A stretch of 45,592 nucleotides of DNA from a virus. Its lineage: Duplodnaviria > Caudoviricetes. Position 1 is the first letter of the stretch; every line of letters starts with the position of its first letter. The notes beneath the pieces were generated by a model. That model searched no databases and was not told the origin of the DNA. It saw only the letters and a list, made by a program, of their open reading frames with translations. Shown here piece after piece: positions 21,163-30,671 of the stretch. The stretch covers positions 1 through 45,592 of the IMG/VR virus record IMGVR_UViG_3300032218_001995. One strand, 5' to 3'. The translations under genes and the position numbers were made by a program.

Positions 21163-22610
21163 TATACATCACCCTTTATTGCTTTTTGCATGTCTCCGGA
21201 ATTTTCATAATTACTGATAGATTCTCCATAGCTATCTTTAACCACCTCCAACACCGTTTCATATTTGTTATTAAAATCAATGATGTGGCGAACAGCAGTA
21301 ATCATATATTTACCTGAATTATAAGGATCCTTTTCACCCCAATCATAACCGGAACCATCCTTACCTCTACTTGACGGAAGAAAAACTTCTAGTAACATAC
21401 CAACTGTTAAGTTTGGATCACCTGAAACCGCAAGTTTAATTCTTGAATAATGTGAGAGTGAAAGTTGTGCAGTTCTATTTGGCACATAATTTTCTGCTCT
21501 AATGTCATTTGCAACATTCCATGGTTCTTCACTGATACCTATTGCCTTTTTTTGTTCCGGATTTGTCACCATAACTTTCAATACAGAATCATAACTTTCG
21601 TTTGGTTTTTTACCTAACCTATTCTTTATATTCGGAACTAAAGAATAATCATTCAGATTCTTTGCTTTATTGAAATATGTTGAATAATCAAAAGTTGTAT
21701 TTCTAAATGTTCGTGTCAAAGGATCAATTGAAATCAAACGATTTGCAAACGCACCTGTTATTGTTCCATAAAGAGTGTCAAATGTATCCAAAAAAACATA
21801 AGATTTAATACCAATTAGGTTTCTACCAAGTTCTTTGCTTTTAACTTGTAATGCGGTGCCTTCTGTTGTACCAACACTTCTTGGTATATACGCATAAGTT
21901 GTGTATATTTTTTGTGAAAAAAGATTTTGTAAAGAGTAGAAATTAAAACCTTCAGAATTTTCATAGAATAAAAAATCTGCACCATCTTTACCAATAGGTT
22001 TTGCATAATTAGAAAGCCAATTAATTGCTTCAAATGGTTTTTTATATGGTATTACAAAATCATATAAACCATCAGTTTCTTGCATTCTTATATACTTGCT
22101 ATCTATTTTCAATTTGTCTGAAAGTATATCATATATAATTTCTGAGATTTTTTTACCGGAATAAGATTTGCTAATTTTTGTTTGTTCCGATAACAACAAT
22201 TCTTCGGAGCAAAAATTTAAAGTGTATGTTTCTGAGGCATTATTATTCAACAATCTTTCAGAAACACGATAGATTCTAAAATATTTTTCTGTTGTCGATT
22301 CTTTTGATGCTCCTACGGTTTTCTTAAATTTCAATTTCAAATAATCAAAACCTGTCATTCCAAGTCTATCAATAAGACTTATGGAATCATTAATTAAAAT
22401 GCTGCCACTGGTCACACCTTTAAAAATATCTTCATAATATGAAAGTTCGACCATCATTGCTTTGATATTTGTTTTATCTTTAGATGTAATAATATAAGCC
22501 TCATCCAAACTATAATCATCAGCCGTAACAAGACCTTGTGTTTGTACTGTTGGGGTATTTGTTGGTGCAAATAATGATTCTCCACCAGCAACTTCAATTT
22601 TTTCCGGCAT
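21162..22610 (-). CDS. Baseplate hub protein (gp27-like/phage late control D-type fold)
   Basis: Between gp53 and gp5; LSYYEDIF, FLFYEN, GDPNLTVG, SGKYMITAVRHII motifs. Confidence 0.6.
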   Translation of the reverse strand: MPEKIEVAGGESLFAPTNTPTVQTQGLVTADDYSLDEAYIITSKDKTNIKAMMVELSYYEDIFKGVTSGSILINDSISLIDRLGMTGFDYLKLKFKKTVGASKESTTEKYFRIYRVSERLLNNNASETYTLNFCSEELLLSEQTKISKSYSGKKISEIIYDILSDKLKIDSKYIRMQETDGLYDFVIPYKKPFEAINWLSNYAKPIGKDGADFLFYENSEGFNFYSLQNLFSQKIYTTYAYIPRSVGTTEGTALQVKSKELGRNLIGIKSYVFLDTFDTLYGTITGAFANRLISIDPLTRTFRNTTFDYSTYFNKAKNLNDYSLVPNIKNRLGKKPNESYDSVLKVMVTNPEQKKAIGISEEPWNVANDIRAENYVPNRTAQLSLSHYSRIKLAVSGDPNLTVGMLLEVFLPSSRGKDGSGYDWGEKDPYNSGKYMITAVRHIIDFNNKYETVLEVVKDSYGESISNYENSGDMQKAIKGDV

Positions 22611-23245
22611 TATGCAACCTTCATCAATAATTTAAGTTGTTGTTCTATATCACCTGCATAATTGCTATTTAACAGTCTGATTTGTCTTCTTGATTCATTA
22701 AGTTCATCCTCATAATTGAATAAAGTTGTTATACCCTTTTTTATAGAAACAATACAATTTGTTCCACCAGGAATATCATAAGTGTTTGTTGATTCCACTA
22801 ATGTGTTGTATGCATCTTGTGTTATTGAAACTTCTTTTGTTGTTTCCGTTCTAGTATAAACATCAGTTGTTGTTATGATTTTTTTATATTCATAAACTGT
22901 TGTGTTTGTATATTCGTATGGTGTTTTACCTGCATCTGCGGCCTCAGTTGCATATTTTGAATCAATATATTCCAAAAATGAAGCATACGACATTGGCCAT
23001 TCCCACACAGGATCTAAAACCTGATTCGAAAATAAAACAATCCAATATTTAAATGGATCACCATAATATTTGTCTGCTACAATTTCCGGTGTATCACCTT
23101 CTTGCACAGCATATTCATAAAATTGCATTGGATTATTTAATAAGTCTTGGACTATAGATGCACGTGCCAATAGATTGGTCATCAAAATTGGATAACCATT
23201 TTGGTCAGGTGTAATTATTTTAGGTAATGTTTTAAAATAGTACAT
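22610..23245 (-). CDS. gp53: Baseplate wedge subunit gp53
   Basis: YFKTLPKI...YAVQEGDTPEIVADKYYGDP..YWIVLFSN...WPM; YEDELNESRRQI. Confidence 0.9.
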   Translation of the reverse strand: MYYFKTLPKIITPDQNGYPILMTNLLARASIVQDLLNNPMQFYEYAVQEGDTPEIVADKYYGDPFKYWIVLFSNQVLDPVWEWPMSYASFLEYIDSKYATEAADAGKTPYEYTNTTVYEYKKIITTTDVYTRTETTKEVSITQDAYNTLVESTNTYDIPGGTNCIVSIKKGITTLFNYEDELNESRRQIRLLNSNYAGDIEQQLKLLMKVA

Positions 23246-24273
23246 TAGTAACCCGCATTAATTCTGTTTTTATCAACAATAACTGTTTCTTTGAATTGTA
23301 GTGTCATTTTTATTTGTACAGGTGATCCGTCATTAAAAGTTGCCCAACCATTTGGACCATAATCTACATTAATATTTTCAAGTACAGTTTCGCCAATTTT
23401 ATGAACATAAGGATTTTCTTGACCTTTATAGAAGAACTGAATCATAAATGGATCAGGAACCTTCATAAACAATCCTTGTGAAAAATATGCTGTCGCATTT
23501 ATTTCCGGTGCGGCCGCCAATTTAAATGCTTTGATGATTTTATTTACAATTTCTGTTTCTTCTTTACTGTAAGGTGTAAAAACAAAATCAAATTGAAAAG
23601 TTCTAAAACCAACACCTCTGAATAAAACTTGAAGTTGTGGGTTCATGGCTTGGCCAATACCTCTAAGTGCAAGGTCTCCAAGATTATTCATACCTAATTT
23701 CTTACCAACGGCATCCGCAACAGCTTTTCTTAGAAATGGGTCGGAACCAACTTTGTTTGCAAGTTGTTCAAAAGTTTTATCTCCACCCTGTTTGAACAGG
23801 TCTATCATAGAAGTGCCTGCTTGAGCCAAGAAATACGCTTTACCTAAAGATTCCGTCAAACTAATATCATCATATTGTGCGCCATATGAAACGTTTACTG
23901 TGTCTGGAACGTAAAGTGCAATTGAATCACCAGCTATTCTTGGCACATCAGACGCTGATATGTCATTTATCACTGCTTTTGTATTATCAAGAACTCCTTG
24001 TGAAAATTTACCTTCAATTAAATTTTCCCCTCCACCTTGAATAATACCGTTAGCAATATTCATAACATTTGTAGCCAATTCAGATTTGTATGCTGGATCG
24101 GGTTTCATAACTGTGAATTTAATCACATGGCTTCTGGTTGCGTCTGCACCCAAATTGCGTGGATAATTATAGGTAGCACGGTCATATTTGTTTCCATACA
24201 GCAATTGTAGCGGGCCGTTGATGGTCCCCGGTACTGAAATACCTGCTATTGAGGTCGGGATAGATATTGGCAT
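23245..24273 (-). CDS. gp48: Baseplate tail tube cap gp48
   Basis: IALYVPD, NPQLQVLFRGVGFRTFQFDFVFTPYS, INVDYGPNG, MTLQFKET. Confidence 0.85.
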   Translation of the reverse strand: MPISIPTSIAGISVPGTINGPLQLLYGNKYDRATYNYPRNLGADATRSHVIKFTVMKPDPAYKSELATNVMNIANGIIQGGGENLIEGKFSQGVLDNTKAVINDISASDVPRIAGDSIALYVPDTVNVSYGAQYDDISLTESLGKAYFLAQAGTSMIDLFKQGGDKTFEQLANKVGSDPFLRKAVADAVGKKLGMNNLGDLALRGIGQAMNPQLQVLFRGVGFRTFQFDFVFTPYSKEETEIVNKIIKAFKLAAAPEINATAYFSQGLFMKVPDPFMIQFFYKGQENPYVHKIGETVLENINVDYGPNGWATFNDGSPVQIKMTLQFKETVIVDKNRINAGY

Positions 24274-24299
24274 GGTTTTTTGTTATTCTAAGAAGGTAA

Positions 24300-24313
24300 T
24301 ATACATATTTATA
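24300..24313. promoter_or_regulatory. Overlapping divergent late promoters: TATAAATA (minus, 24306-24313) for gp48 and TATACATA (plus, 24300-24307) for gp4
   Basis: Exact T4 late consensus on the minus strand, a one-mismatch copy on the plus strand, at the divergence point. Confidence 0.7.
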
Positions 24314-24750
24314 TGGCATACAGTGGAAGATTCACACCAAGGAACCCACAAAAGTATCGTGGAGACCCAAGAAATATCATTTATCGTTCGACATGGGAAT
24401 GCCGAGTGATGAATTGGCTCGACTCGAATGATACCATTTTAGAATGGGGTTCCGAGGAATTTTCAATACCGTATAAATCTCCGGTAGATAACCTTGTTCA
24501 CCGTTATTTTCCTGATTTTTACGTGAAAGTTAAGCAAAAAGATGATACAATCCGAGTGATGATTATTGAAGTAAAACCAGCAAAACAGACTAAACCACCA
24601 GAAAAAAAGAAAAAAGTTACCAAACAATACATCCAAGAAGTGGTGACTTGGGGTATCAATGAGGCAAAATGGAAAGCCGCAACCGAGTTCTGTCTTGACC
24701 GTGGATGGGCGTTTAAAGTGTTAACAGAATATGATTTAGGATTAAAATGA
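24313..24750 (+). CDS. gp4: Head completion nuclease gp4
   Basis: YSGRFTPRNPQKYRGD...YRSTWE...WGSEE..IPY...HRYFPDF...EVKP...NEAKWKAA. Confidence 0.93.
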   Translation: MAYSGRFTPRNPQKYRGDPRNIIYRSTWECRVMNWLDSNDTILEWGSEEFSIPYKSPVDNLVHRYFPDFYVKVKQKDDTIRVMIIEVKPAKQTKPPEKKKKVTKQYIQEVVTWGINEAKWKAATEFCLDRGWAFKVLTEYDLGLK

Positions 24751-26510
24751 TTAGACTACATGTGTTGTCGATTCCACATACGGCATCGACTAAAGAGTAT
24801 ACGGTTTGTGCGTTTACTCAAAAAGTGATTAATTTTTGTAAAATGTATAAAGACATGGGTATGCATGTCATTCATTATGGGCGTGAAGACTCTGATGTGA
24901 TTTGTGATGAACATGTCACAGTCACAACACGTGCATTAAATGAAAAAGTTTATGGCATCTATGATTGGAAAAATCAAGGACTAAAATATAATCAAGAGGA
25001 TGAACTTTTTCAAACCTTCAATGAAAACTGCATCAAAGAGATTGAAAAACGTAAACAACCCCATGATATCATTCTTTGTTTCTTTGGTATAGCACAAAAA
25101 CCCGTATGTGATGCACATTCAGACCTGCTTTGCGTTGAACCATCGATTGGTTATCCATCTTCTTTTGCGCCATACAAGGTATATGAATCTTATGCTGTCA
25201 TGCATGGACTTCAGGGTCCAAGTAAAGTATCTACAGCAGAATATAAATTCTATGATGTGGCTATACCTTCGGGATTTGACCTTGATGAGTTTGAATTTAA
25301 CGAGAAGAAGGAAGATTATTTTCTAATGTGTGGAAGAATGGTCTGGTCTAAAGGTGTTGATATTGCGGCTCAAGTGTGTGAACAACTAGGTGTTAAACTG
25401 GTATTGGCAGGAACAAGTTATGGACCAAATGATTGCAATCTTGGAGATACGTGGCCTGCTCATGTAGAATATGTTGGATATGCTGACGTTGAGAAAAGAA
25501 AACGTTTAATGGCTGGCGCTAAAGGTCTGTTCTGTCCAACAATCTATAATGAACCTTTCGGTTATGTCGCCATCGAGGCTATGTTATCGGGCACACCTGT
25601 TATCACAGTTGATTGGGGTGCGTTTACGGAGACTGTGCAACACGGAGTTACTGGTTTCCGTTGCCGCACATTTGAACAGTTTGTATGGGCGGCCAAGAAC
25701 ATCGACACAATTTCACCACATGCGTGTCGTGAATGGGCTGAAAAGAATTATAACTTTCAAAAAATTGGTTCGATGTACAAAGAATATTTCGAATCAATTA
25801 CAAACTTGTCCAAAGGAACTGGCTGGTATGCGAGAAACGATACACGAAAAGAGTTAGAGTGGCTCACCAAAACACAGCCAACACAACCAAAAACATTCAA
25901 GCAGATTTTAAACCAATATAATCGTATCAAAGATGGCAAAGTGCATTTTCTCCAGATTGGTGCAATGGACGGAGTGAAGCATGATGACCTGTATCCATAT
26001 GTGATGAGTTATGATTGGACTGGTGTTTTAGTTGAGCCTCTTCCCGACATGTTTGAAAAATTGATTGAAAACTATTCACTCAAAGATGGTTTAAAATTTG
26101 AAAATTCTGCTATTGCTAATTCTGAAATTGTCACAATCCACAGAGTACCATCAGAATTGGTGGGAACTGAAGGTGTTCCAGATTGGGCCGAAGGTTGTTC
26201 TACAATGGTACCAAAATCACATATTGAAGACATTGTATCGCACATGATTGAGCAGGAAGTTAGAGGTATTACCATCTCTAAACTGTATGAAAAATATGGA
26301 AACCATTTTGACTTTATTCAAGTTGACACAGAAGGATATGATTATGAGATATTTTTTCAGTTCCTTGAGAACGGATTCACAGCAGAATTGCTAAAAATTG
26401 AAATTGCACACATCACTTACACAAAAGCGGTGTGGATGCGTTGGAAACTAGAGCAAATTGGTTACAAGACTTTCATTGACGGATATGATTTAATAGCCTA
26501 CCAGTTCTAG
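24747..26510 (+). CDS. GT-B (family 4-like) glycosyltransferase fused to an FkbM-family methyltransferase
   Basis: EPFGYVAIEAMLSGTPVI..D.GAFTETVQHGVTGF (GT4 ExFG-E motif); C-terminal LQIGAMDG...VEP...IQVDTEGYDYEI (FkbM). Confidence 0.85.
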   Translation: MIRLHVLSIPHTASTKEYTVCAFTQKVINFCKMYKDMGMHVIHYGREDSDVICDEHVTVTTRALNEKVYGIYDWKNQGLKYNQEDELFQTFNENCIKEIEKRKQPHDIILCFFGIAQKPVCDAHSDLLCVEPSIGYPSSFAPYKVYESYAVMHGLQGPSKVSTAEYKFYDVAIPSGFDLDEFEFNEKKEDYFLMCGRMVWSKGVDIAAQVCEQLGVKLVLAGTSYGPNDCNLGDTWPAHVEYVGYADVEKRKRLMAGAKGLFCPTIYNEPFGYVAIEAMLSGTPVITVDWGAFTETVQHGVTGFRCRTFEQFVWAAKNIDTISPHACREWAEKNYNFQKIGSMYKEYFESITNLSKGTGWYARNDTRKELEWLTKTQPTQPKTFKQILNQYNRIKDGKVHFLQIGAMDGVKHDDLYPYVMSYDWTGVLVEPLPDMFEKLIENYSLKDGLKFENSAIANSEIVTIHRVPSELVGTEGVPDWAEGCSTMVPKSHIEDIVSHMIEQEVRGITISKLYEKYGNHFDFIQVDTEGYDYEIFFQFLENGFTAELLKIEIAHITYTKAVWMRWKLEQIGYKTFIDGYDLIAYQF

Positions 26511-26518
26511 TATAAATA
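26511..26518 (+). promoter_or_regulatory. T4 late promoter TATAAATA upstream of gp2
   Basis: Exact consensus 4 nt before the ATG at 26523. Confidence 0.8.
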
Positions 26519-26522
26519 CTGG

Positions 26523-27125
26523 ATGGCTTCAACACTTACTCAACTCGCACAACAAAAAACGGCTCTGGAACAAGAATTCTTGTCCAGAAAGTCTGTCGCA
26601 TGGTTACAGGACCAAATAAAAGACCTGAAATCACCTATCAAATTGGCTAGAGAAATTGCTAAGGAAAAAGTGCGACAGGGTGGTCAGTTTCAGATGGGTG
26701 GTCTCTATCACTTTTTCTATGATCCATTAACTAAGGGTGATTTACCCTACTATGACATATTTCCTTTGGTGATTCCACTAAAACGTGATGCCGAAGGATT
26801 TATAGGTCTAAACATGCATTATCTTCCTCCTAGATATCGTGCTATGTTTATGGACAAATTGATGAATTTTGCTGTCACAAATGATAATAATGAACCTAAA
26901 CGCCTCCGTGTAACTTATGATATTTTGACGGCAACAAAGAACTTCAAAGAGTTTAGGCCTTGTTTGAAGCGTTATTTGAATGGTCACATAAAATCTAAAA
27001 TTTTAACCATTCAACCACCAGAGTGGGAGACTGCACTCTTTCTTCCCACAGCCGTATTCAAAGGTGCACCGATTTCTAAAGTATATGCAGAATCGGTTGC
27101 CAAAGCACAAAGTAGGACATACTAA
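26523..27125 (+). CDS. gp2: DNA end protector protein gp2
   Basis: FFYDP.TK..LPYYDIFPLV...GLNMHYLPP..R; PCLKRYL. Confidence 0.9.
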   Translation: MASTLTQLAQQKTALEQEFLSRKSVAWLQDQIKDLKSPIKLAREIAKEKVRQGGQFQMGGLYHFFYDPLTKGDLPYYDIFPLVIPLKRDAEGFIGLNMHYLPPRYRAMFMDKLMNFAVTNDNNEPKRLRVTYDILTATKNFKEFRPCLKRYLNGHIKSKILTIQPPEWETALFLPTAVFKGAPISKVYAESVAKAQSRTY

Positions 27126-27793
27126 TGGCAGGCTCAATCGCAGATTTTAAAGCAAGTTTTAGTAAAGACTTAGCACGACCAAGTAGGTTTGACGTAAATA
27201 TTCCAATTCCAATTGGTCTTTTACCATATAGAGAAATTGGAAGAACACTAAGAATGCGTTGTGAAAATGCAGAACTACCTGGTCGTTCAATCTCAACAAC
27301 ATCTATGAAAATATATGGTGTTGAAGAAAAATTTCCATATCAAACGACATACAACGATATCAGCCTAACTTTTATTGTTTCTGATGATATGGGAGAAAAG
27401 AAGTTTTTTGATGCGTGGTTAAATTGGATAAATCCAACAATTAACTACAATCTAAAATATAAAGCCGACTATGCGATTGCACTTACTGTAAATCAATATG
27501 ATGTTAAAAATGAATTATCGTATTCCGTGACAATGTTAGACGCATTTCCAGTTGCAGTAAATCAGCTTGATTTAGATTGGTCATCAGACGGTCACCACAA
27601 ACTTACTGTAACATTTGCATACACAAGCTGGAGAGATAATTCCGTTGAAGCACTCGGAATGGAACTTTTAGAAACAACTATTGCAAATTCACTATTTGAT
27701 TCTACGATACAAAGGGAGTCCTTACTTGGTAGGGATTTGATTCAACAACCCTTTGAGACAAGACAACAATTTGAAGATAGAATGACACCTTAA
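27125..27793 (+). CDS. gp54: Tail tube initiator / tube-like protein (gp54/gp19 fold)
   Basis: LARPSRFDV, CENAELPGR, FFDAW, DAFPVAVNQLDLDW, LTVTFAY. Confidence 0.7.
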   Translation: MAGSIADFKASFSKDLARPSRFDVNIPIPIGLLPYREIGRTLRMRCENAELPGRSISTTSMKIYGVEEKFPYQTTYNDISLTFIVSDDMGEKKFFDAWLNWINPTINYNLKYKADYAIALTVNQYDVKNELSYSVTMLDAFPVAVNQLDLDWSSDGHHKLTVTFAYTSWRDNSVEALGMELLETTIANSLFDSTIQRESLLGRDLIQQPFETRQQFEDRMTP

Positions 27794-27810
27794 GAATGGA
27801 GATATAAATT

Positions 27811-28536
27811 ATGGCTTTACCTAAAATCGATACACCGATTTATGACTTGGAGTTACCATTATCAAAAAAGAAAATTCGTTTCCGTCCTTTCCTTGTGAAA
27901 GAACAAAAGAATCTTCTGATGGCAATGGAATCTGGAGAAAGAGAATCGATTGAACAGAACGTAAAACAAGTTCTAAACAATTGCACAGTTACAGAAGGTA
28001 TTGATATTGAAAAACTACCAGTTATCGATATTGAATACTATTTCTTACAACTTCGTGCAAGGTCTGTTGGGGAAGTTGTTGAAAACAAATACCGTTGTGA
28101 TAATATGGTTGATGAAAAACCATGTGGCAATATCATGGAAACATCATTGAACCTTCTTGAGATTAAAGTAGAAGGTGTTGTTGAAGGTAAAGATGTTATT
28201 GAACTCACAGATACAATTTCTATCAAGCTAAAGTATCCAGAGTTTTCTATTCTGAATAAATTATCAAAACTTACAAACGTTGCTGATATTGCATTTGAAT
28301 TGATTGCTGAATCTGTTGAGTACATCTATGACGGCGAACAATTTTATTATGCAAAAGAAGTTGAAACAAAAGAGATTGTTGAATTCATTGAGTCTTTGAA
28401 TCAACAACAATTCTCAAAAATTGAAGACTTTTTCGCAAATCTTCCAAAGATTGAAAAGAAAATTGAAATGAAGTGTTCACGTTGCGGCTTCGAACACACC
28501 CTTGACGTTGAAGGACTGGAAAGTTTTTTCGGTTAA
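27811..28536 (+). CDS. gp26: Baseplate hub subunit/chaperone gp26
   Basis: MALPKI..P.Y.L.LP...IRFRPFLVKEQK.LL; LRARSVGE; CxxC; ends EGLESFF. Confidence 0.85.
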   Translation: MALPKIDTPIYDLELPLSKKKIRFRPFLVKEQKNLLMAMESGERESIEQNVKQVLNNCTVTEGIDIEKLPVIDIEYYFLQLRARSVGEVVENKYRCDNMVDEKPCGNIMETSLNLLEIKVEGVVEGKDVIELTDTISIKLKYPEFSILNKLSKLTNVADIAFELIAESVEYIYDGEQFYYAKEVETKEIVEFIESLNQQQFSKIEDFFANLPKIEKKIEMKCSRCGFEHTLDVEGLESFFG

Positions 28537-28544
28537 CATTTGGC

Positions 28545-28730
28545 CATGATAATCTGAGAAATTATTACAAAACTAATTTCTCTTTGATACAGCATCACAA
28601 ATACAGTCTGACGGAACTTGAGAATATGATACCGTGGGAACGAGATGTATATGTTGGTATGCTTATACAATATATTGAGGAAGAAAACCAGAAGATTAAA
28701 CAAAAGATAAACGAGAGCAAGATTAGATGA
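28545..28730 (+). CDS. gp51: Baseplate hub assembly catalyst gp51-like (short ORF, probably reached by -1 frameshift from gp26)
   Basis: Not in the ORF track. Translates HDNLRNYYKTNFSLIQHHKYSLTELENMIPWERDVYVGMLIQYIEEENQK...*; no ATG upstream of the conserved part. Confidence 0.75.
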   Translation, partial: HDNLRNYYKTNFSLIQHHKYSLTELENMIPWERDVYVGMLIQYIEEENQKIKQKINESKIR

Positions 28731-30670
28731 ACTACTACGATGCCGCCAGAATAAGAAAAAAAGGCTTCGCTAATTTAATGACGGACAAACTGGCATCAGG
28801 TCAGGGTGTTATTTCATCTTTCCGTGGTGCATTATCAGACAGGTCAAAGGCTAAATCTTTGGCTATGAAAGAGAAATTCGATCCAATGAATATCGCCAAG
28901 TTCCTTACTGGTGGTAGTAATCTTGCACCGGCAATCGTTGGTAGACTTACTGGTAGAAGTAAAGAAGATATTGGTTACTTTACTGGAAAGAGACAATATC
29001 AATATACACCAAGACAATCTAGTTATTGGCAACGTTGGAACAATCCAAACATGAGTGGAGGTTCCAAAAAAGCCACAGAAGTTCTTGAGAAAATAGTTTC
29101 TTTTATGGAAAAATCCAATGAGGAAGATATAAAAGAACAAGAAATCATGGACTCATATAATGAGTTGAATGAATACATCAAAAGAGACAATCACAAAGAA
29201 GTGGTTGATGTATTCAAACAGGCTATAAAGAACAAACGTAAAGCCATGAAACAAATGGCTAAAGAAGCAAAAAGGCGTCAGGCTCAGGAAAAAGCTAGAG
29301 AAAAAGCTGAACAGAAAAAACAGGAAACAAAGACTGGTGCACCTTCACCTGCACCAACACAGGCACCGGCTCCGACTAAACCACCAACACAGGCACCGGC
29401 TCCTTCTCCAGCACCTGCTCCAGCACCACCACCGGTTAAACCACCAACACAGGCACCGGCTCCTTCTCCAGCACCACCACCGGTTAAACCACCAACACAG
29501 GCACCGGCTCCTTCTCAAGCACCACCGGTCAAACCACCAACACAGGCACCAGCGCCAGCGCCTTCACCTGCACCTGCTCCACCACCGGTCAAACCACCAA
29601 CACAGGCACCAGCACCTTCACAGGCACCTGCACCTGCTCCGGCTAAACCACCAACTGCGGCGCCAGCACCACCTGTGCCAGCGAAGCCACCAACTGCAAC
29701 TCCGGCACCAGCCAGACCGCCGGCGGGACCTAGTGCAAGACCAGCACCACCAAAAGGTGCAACAGCAACGAAACAACCTTTCGATATAAATGAAAATGTT
29801 ATTAATTTCACTTCTGCATTAAAGGCTAGAGGAATTACTGATAAGAATGTATTGTCCGCTGTTCTTGGAAATGCGATGAAAGAAACTGGTTTGAGACAAA
29901 GGCCCGAAGATTCTCATGCAGGTACCCCGAATGATAGACTTATAACACTTTTTGGTAATCGTTTACCAACAAAAATAGAAGACGGTAAAAAAGTTACAGA
30001 TATAGAAGCACTGAATAAACTTAAACAAGACCCAGAGGCCTTTTTTGAAAAAGTTTACGGAAAAGATTGGAAAACTTATCGTGGTAAAGACAAACAAGGT
30101 AATGAAATTTGGAGAAATCCTTTAGGTAATACAGAAGCTGGGGAAGGATACAAATATAGAGGTAGAGGTTATTTGCAATTAACTGGAAAAGAAATGTATG
30201 CAAATGCTTCAAAGGCTCTTTTTGGTGATGACCGTTTAGTTAAAGATCCAGATTTGCTTAATGATCCTAAAACAGCGGCCGCAGCCTCTGCTTGGCTTAT
30301 ACAAAAAAGGTCCGCAAGCATGGCGAAAGAACTTGGTTATGATATAAACAACTTGACTGCCGAACAAGCACAATTACTTGCAACAAGTATCGTAGCGGGT
30401 AAGCCAGTAAACCCAAACGATGCTGGGTTCACTAATCAGGAAAATTATAAAAGAGCGGCTGGATATGCCTCAATGTTTAGAGAAAATGGAATATATGGAA
30501 AATTGGTTGAGGAAACAAAAGCAAATACGGATTTAAAACAAGAAATGAAAAATAATGGCGGCACTGGACCATCACCAATTGTTAATCAAAATAACATTAC
30601 AAACAAACAAAAAAATGTGACGGTGAATTCAGCACCTTTACAGGAATTGAATCCCAGAATAGGACACTAA
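28727..30670 (+). CDS. Tape-measure/hub (gp29-position) protein with a Pro/Ala linker and GH19 chitinase/lysozyme-like domain
   Basis: KET...GNTEAGEGYKYRGRGYLQLTGKEMY...DPDLL (GH19); PAPT linker; follows gp26/gp51. Confidence 0.75.
   Translation: MNYYDAARIRKKGFANLMTDKLASGQGVISSFRGALSDRSKAKSLAMKEKFDPMNIAKFLTGGSNLAPAIVGRLTGRSKEDIGYFTGKRQYQYTPRQSSYWQRWNNPNMSGGSKKATEVLEKIVSFMEKSNEEDIKEQEIMDSYNELNEYIKRDNHKEVVDVFKQAIKNKRKAMKQMAKEAKRRQAQEKAREKAEQKKQETKTGAPSPAPTQAPAPTKPPTQAPAPSPAPAPAPPPVKPPTQAPAPSPAPPPVKPPTQAPAPSQAPPVKPPTQAPAPAPSPAPAPPPVKPPTQAPAPSQAPAPAPAKPPTAAPAPPVPAKPPTATPAPARPPAGPSARPAPPKGATATKQPFDINENVINFTSALKARGITDKNVLSAVLGNAMKETGLRQRPEDSHAGTPNDRLITLFGNRLPTKIEDGKKVTDIEALNKLKQDPEAFFEKVYGKDWKTYRGKDKQGNEIWRNPLGNTEAGEGYKYRGRGYLQLTGKEMYANASKALFGDDRLVKDPDLLNDPKTAAAASAWLIQKRSASMAKELGYDINNLTAEQAQLLATSIVAGKPVNPNDAGFTNQENYKRAAGYASMFRENGIYGKLVEETKANTDLKQEMKNNGGTGPSPIVNQNNITNKQKNVTVNSAPLQELNPRIGH
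29335..29755 (+). repeat. Pro/Ala/Thr-rich coding repeats (KPPTQAPAPS)
   Basis: aaaccaccaacacaggcacc repeated 5 times plus degenerate copies. Confidence 0.9.
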
Positions 30671-30671
30671 A

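Noticed and set aside
24313-24750. TnsA transposase / mobile element
   Set aside because: The fold is shared with T4 gp4, and the synteny is that of the head completion gene.
27803-27810. TATAAATT late promoter before gp26
   Set aside because: Mismatched, directly abuts the ATG, and lies between the RBS and the start codon.
29337-29811. His-rich and Gly/Ala-rich alternative ORFs
   Set aside because: Alternate-frame and antisense products of the PAPT linker repeats.
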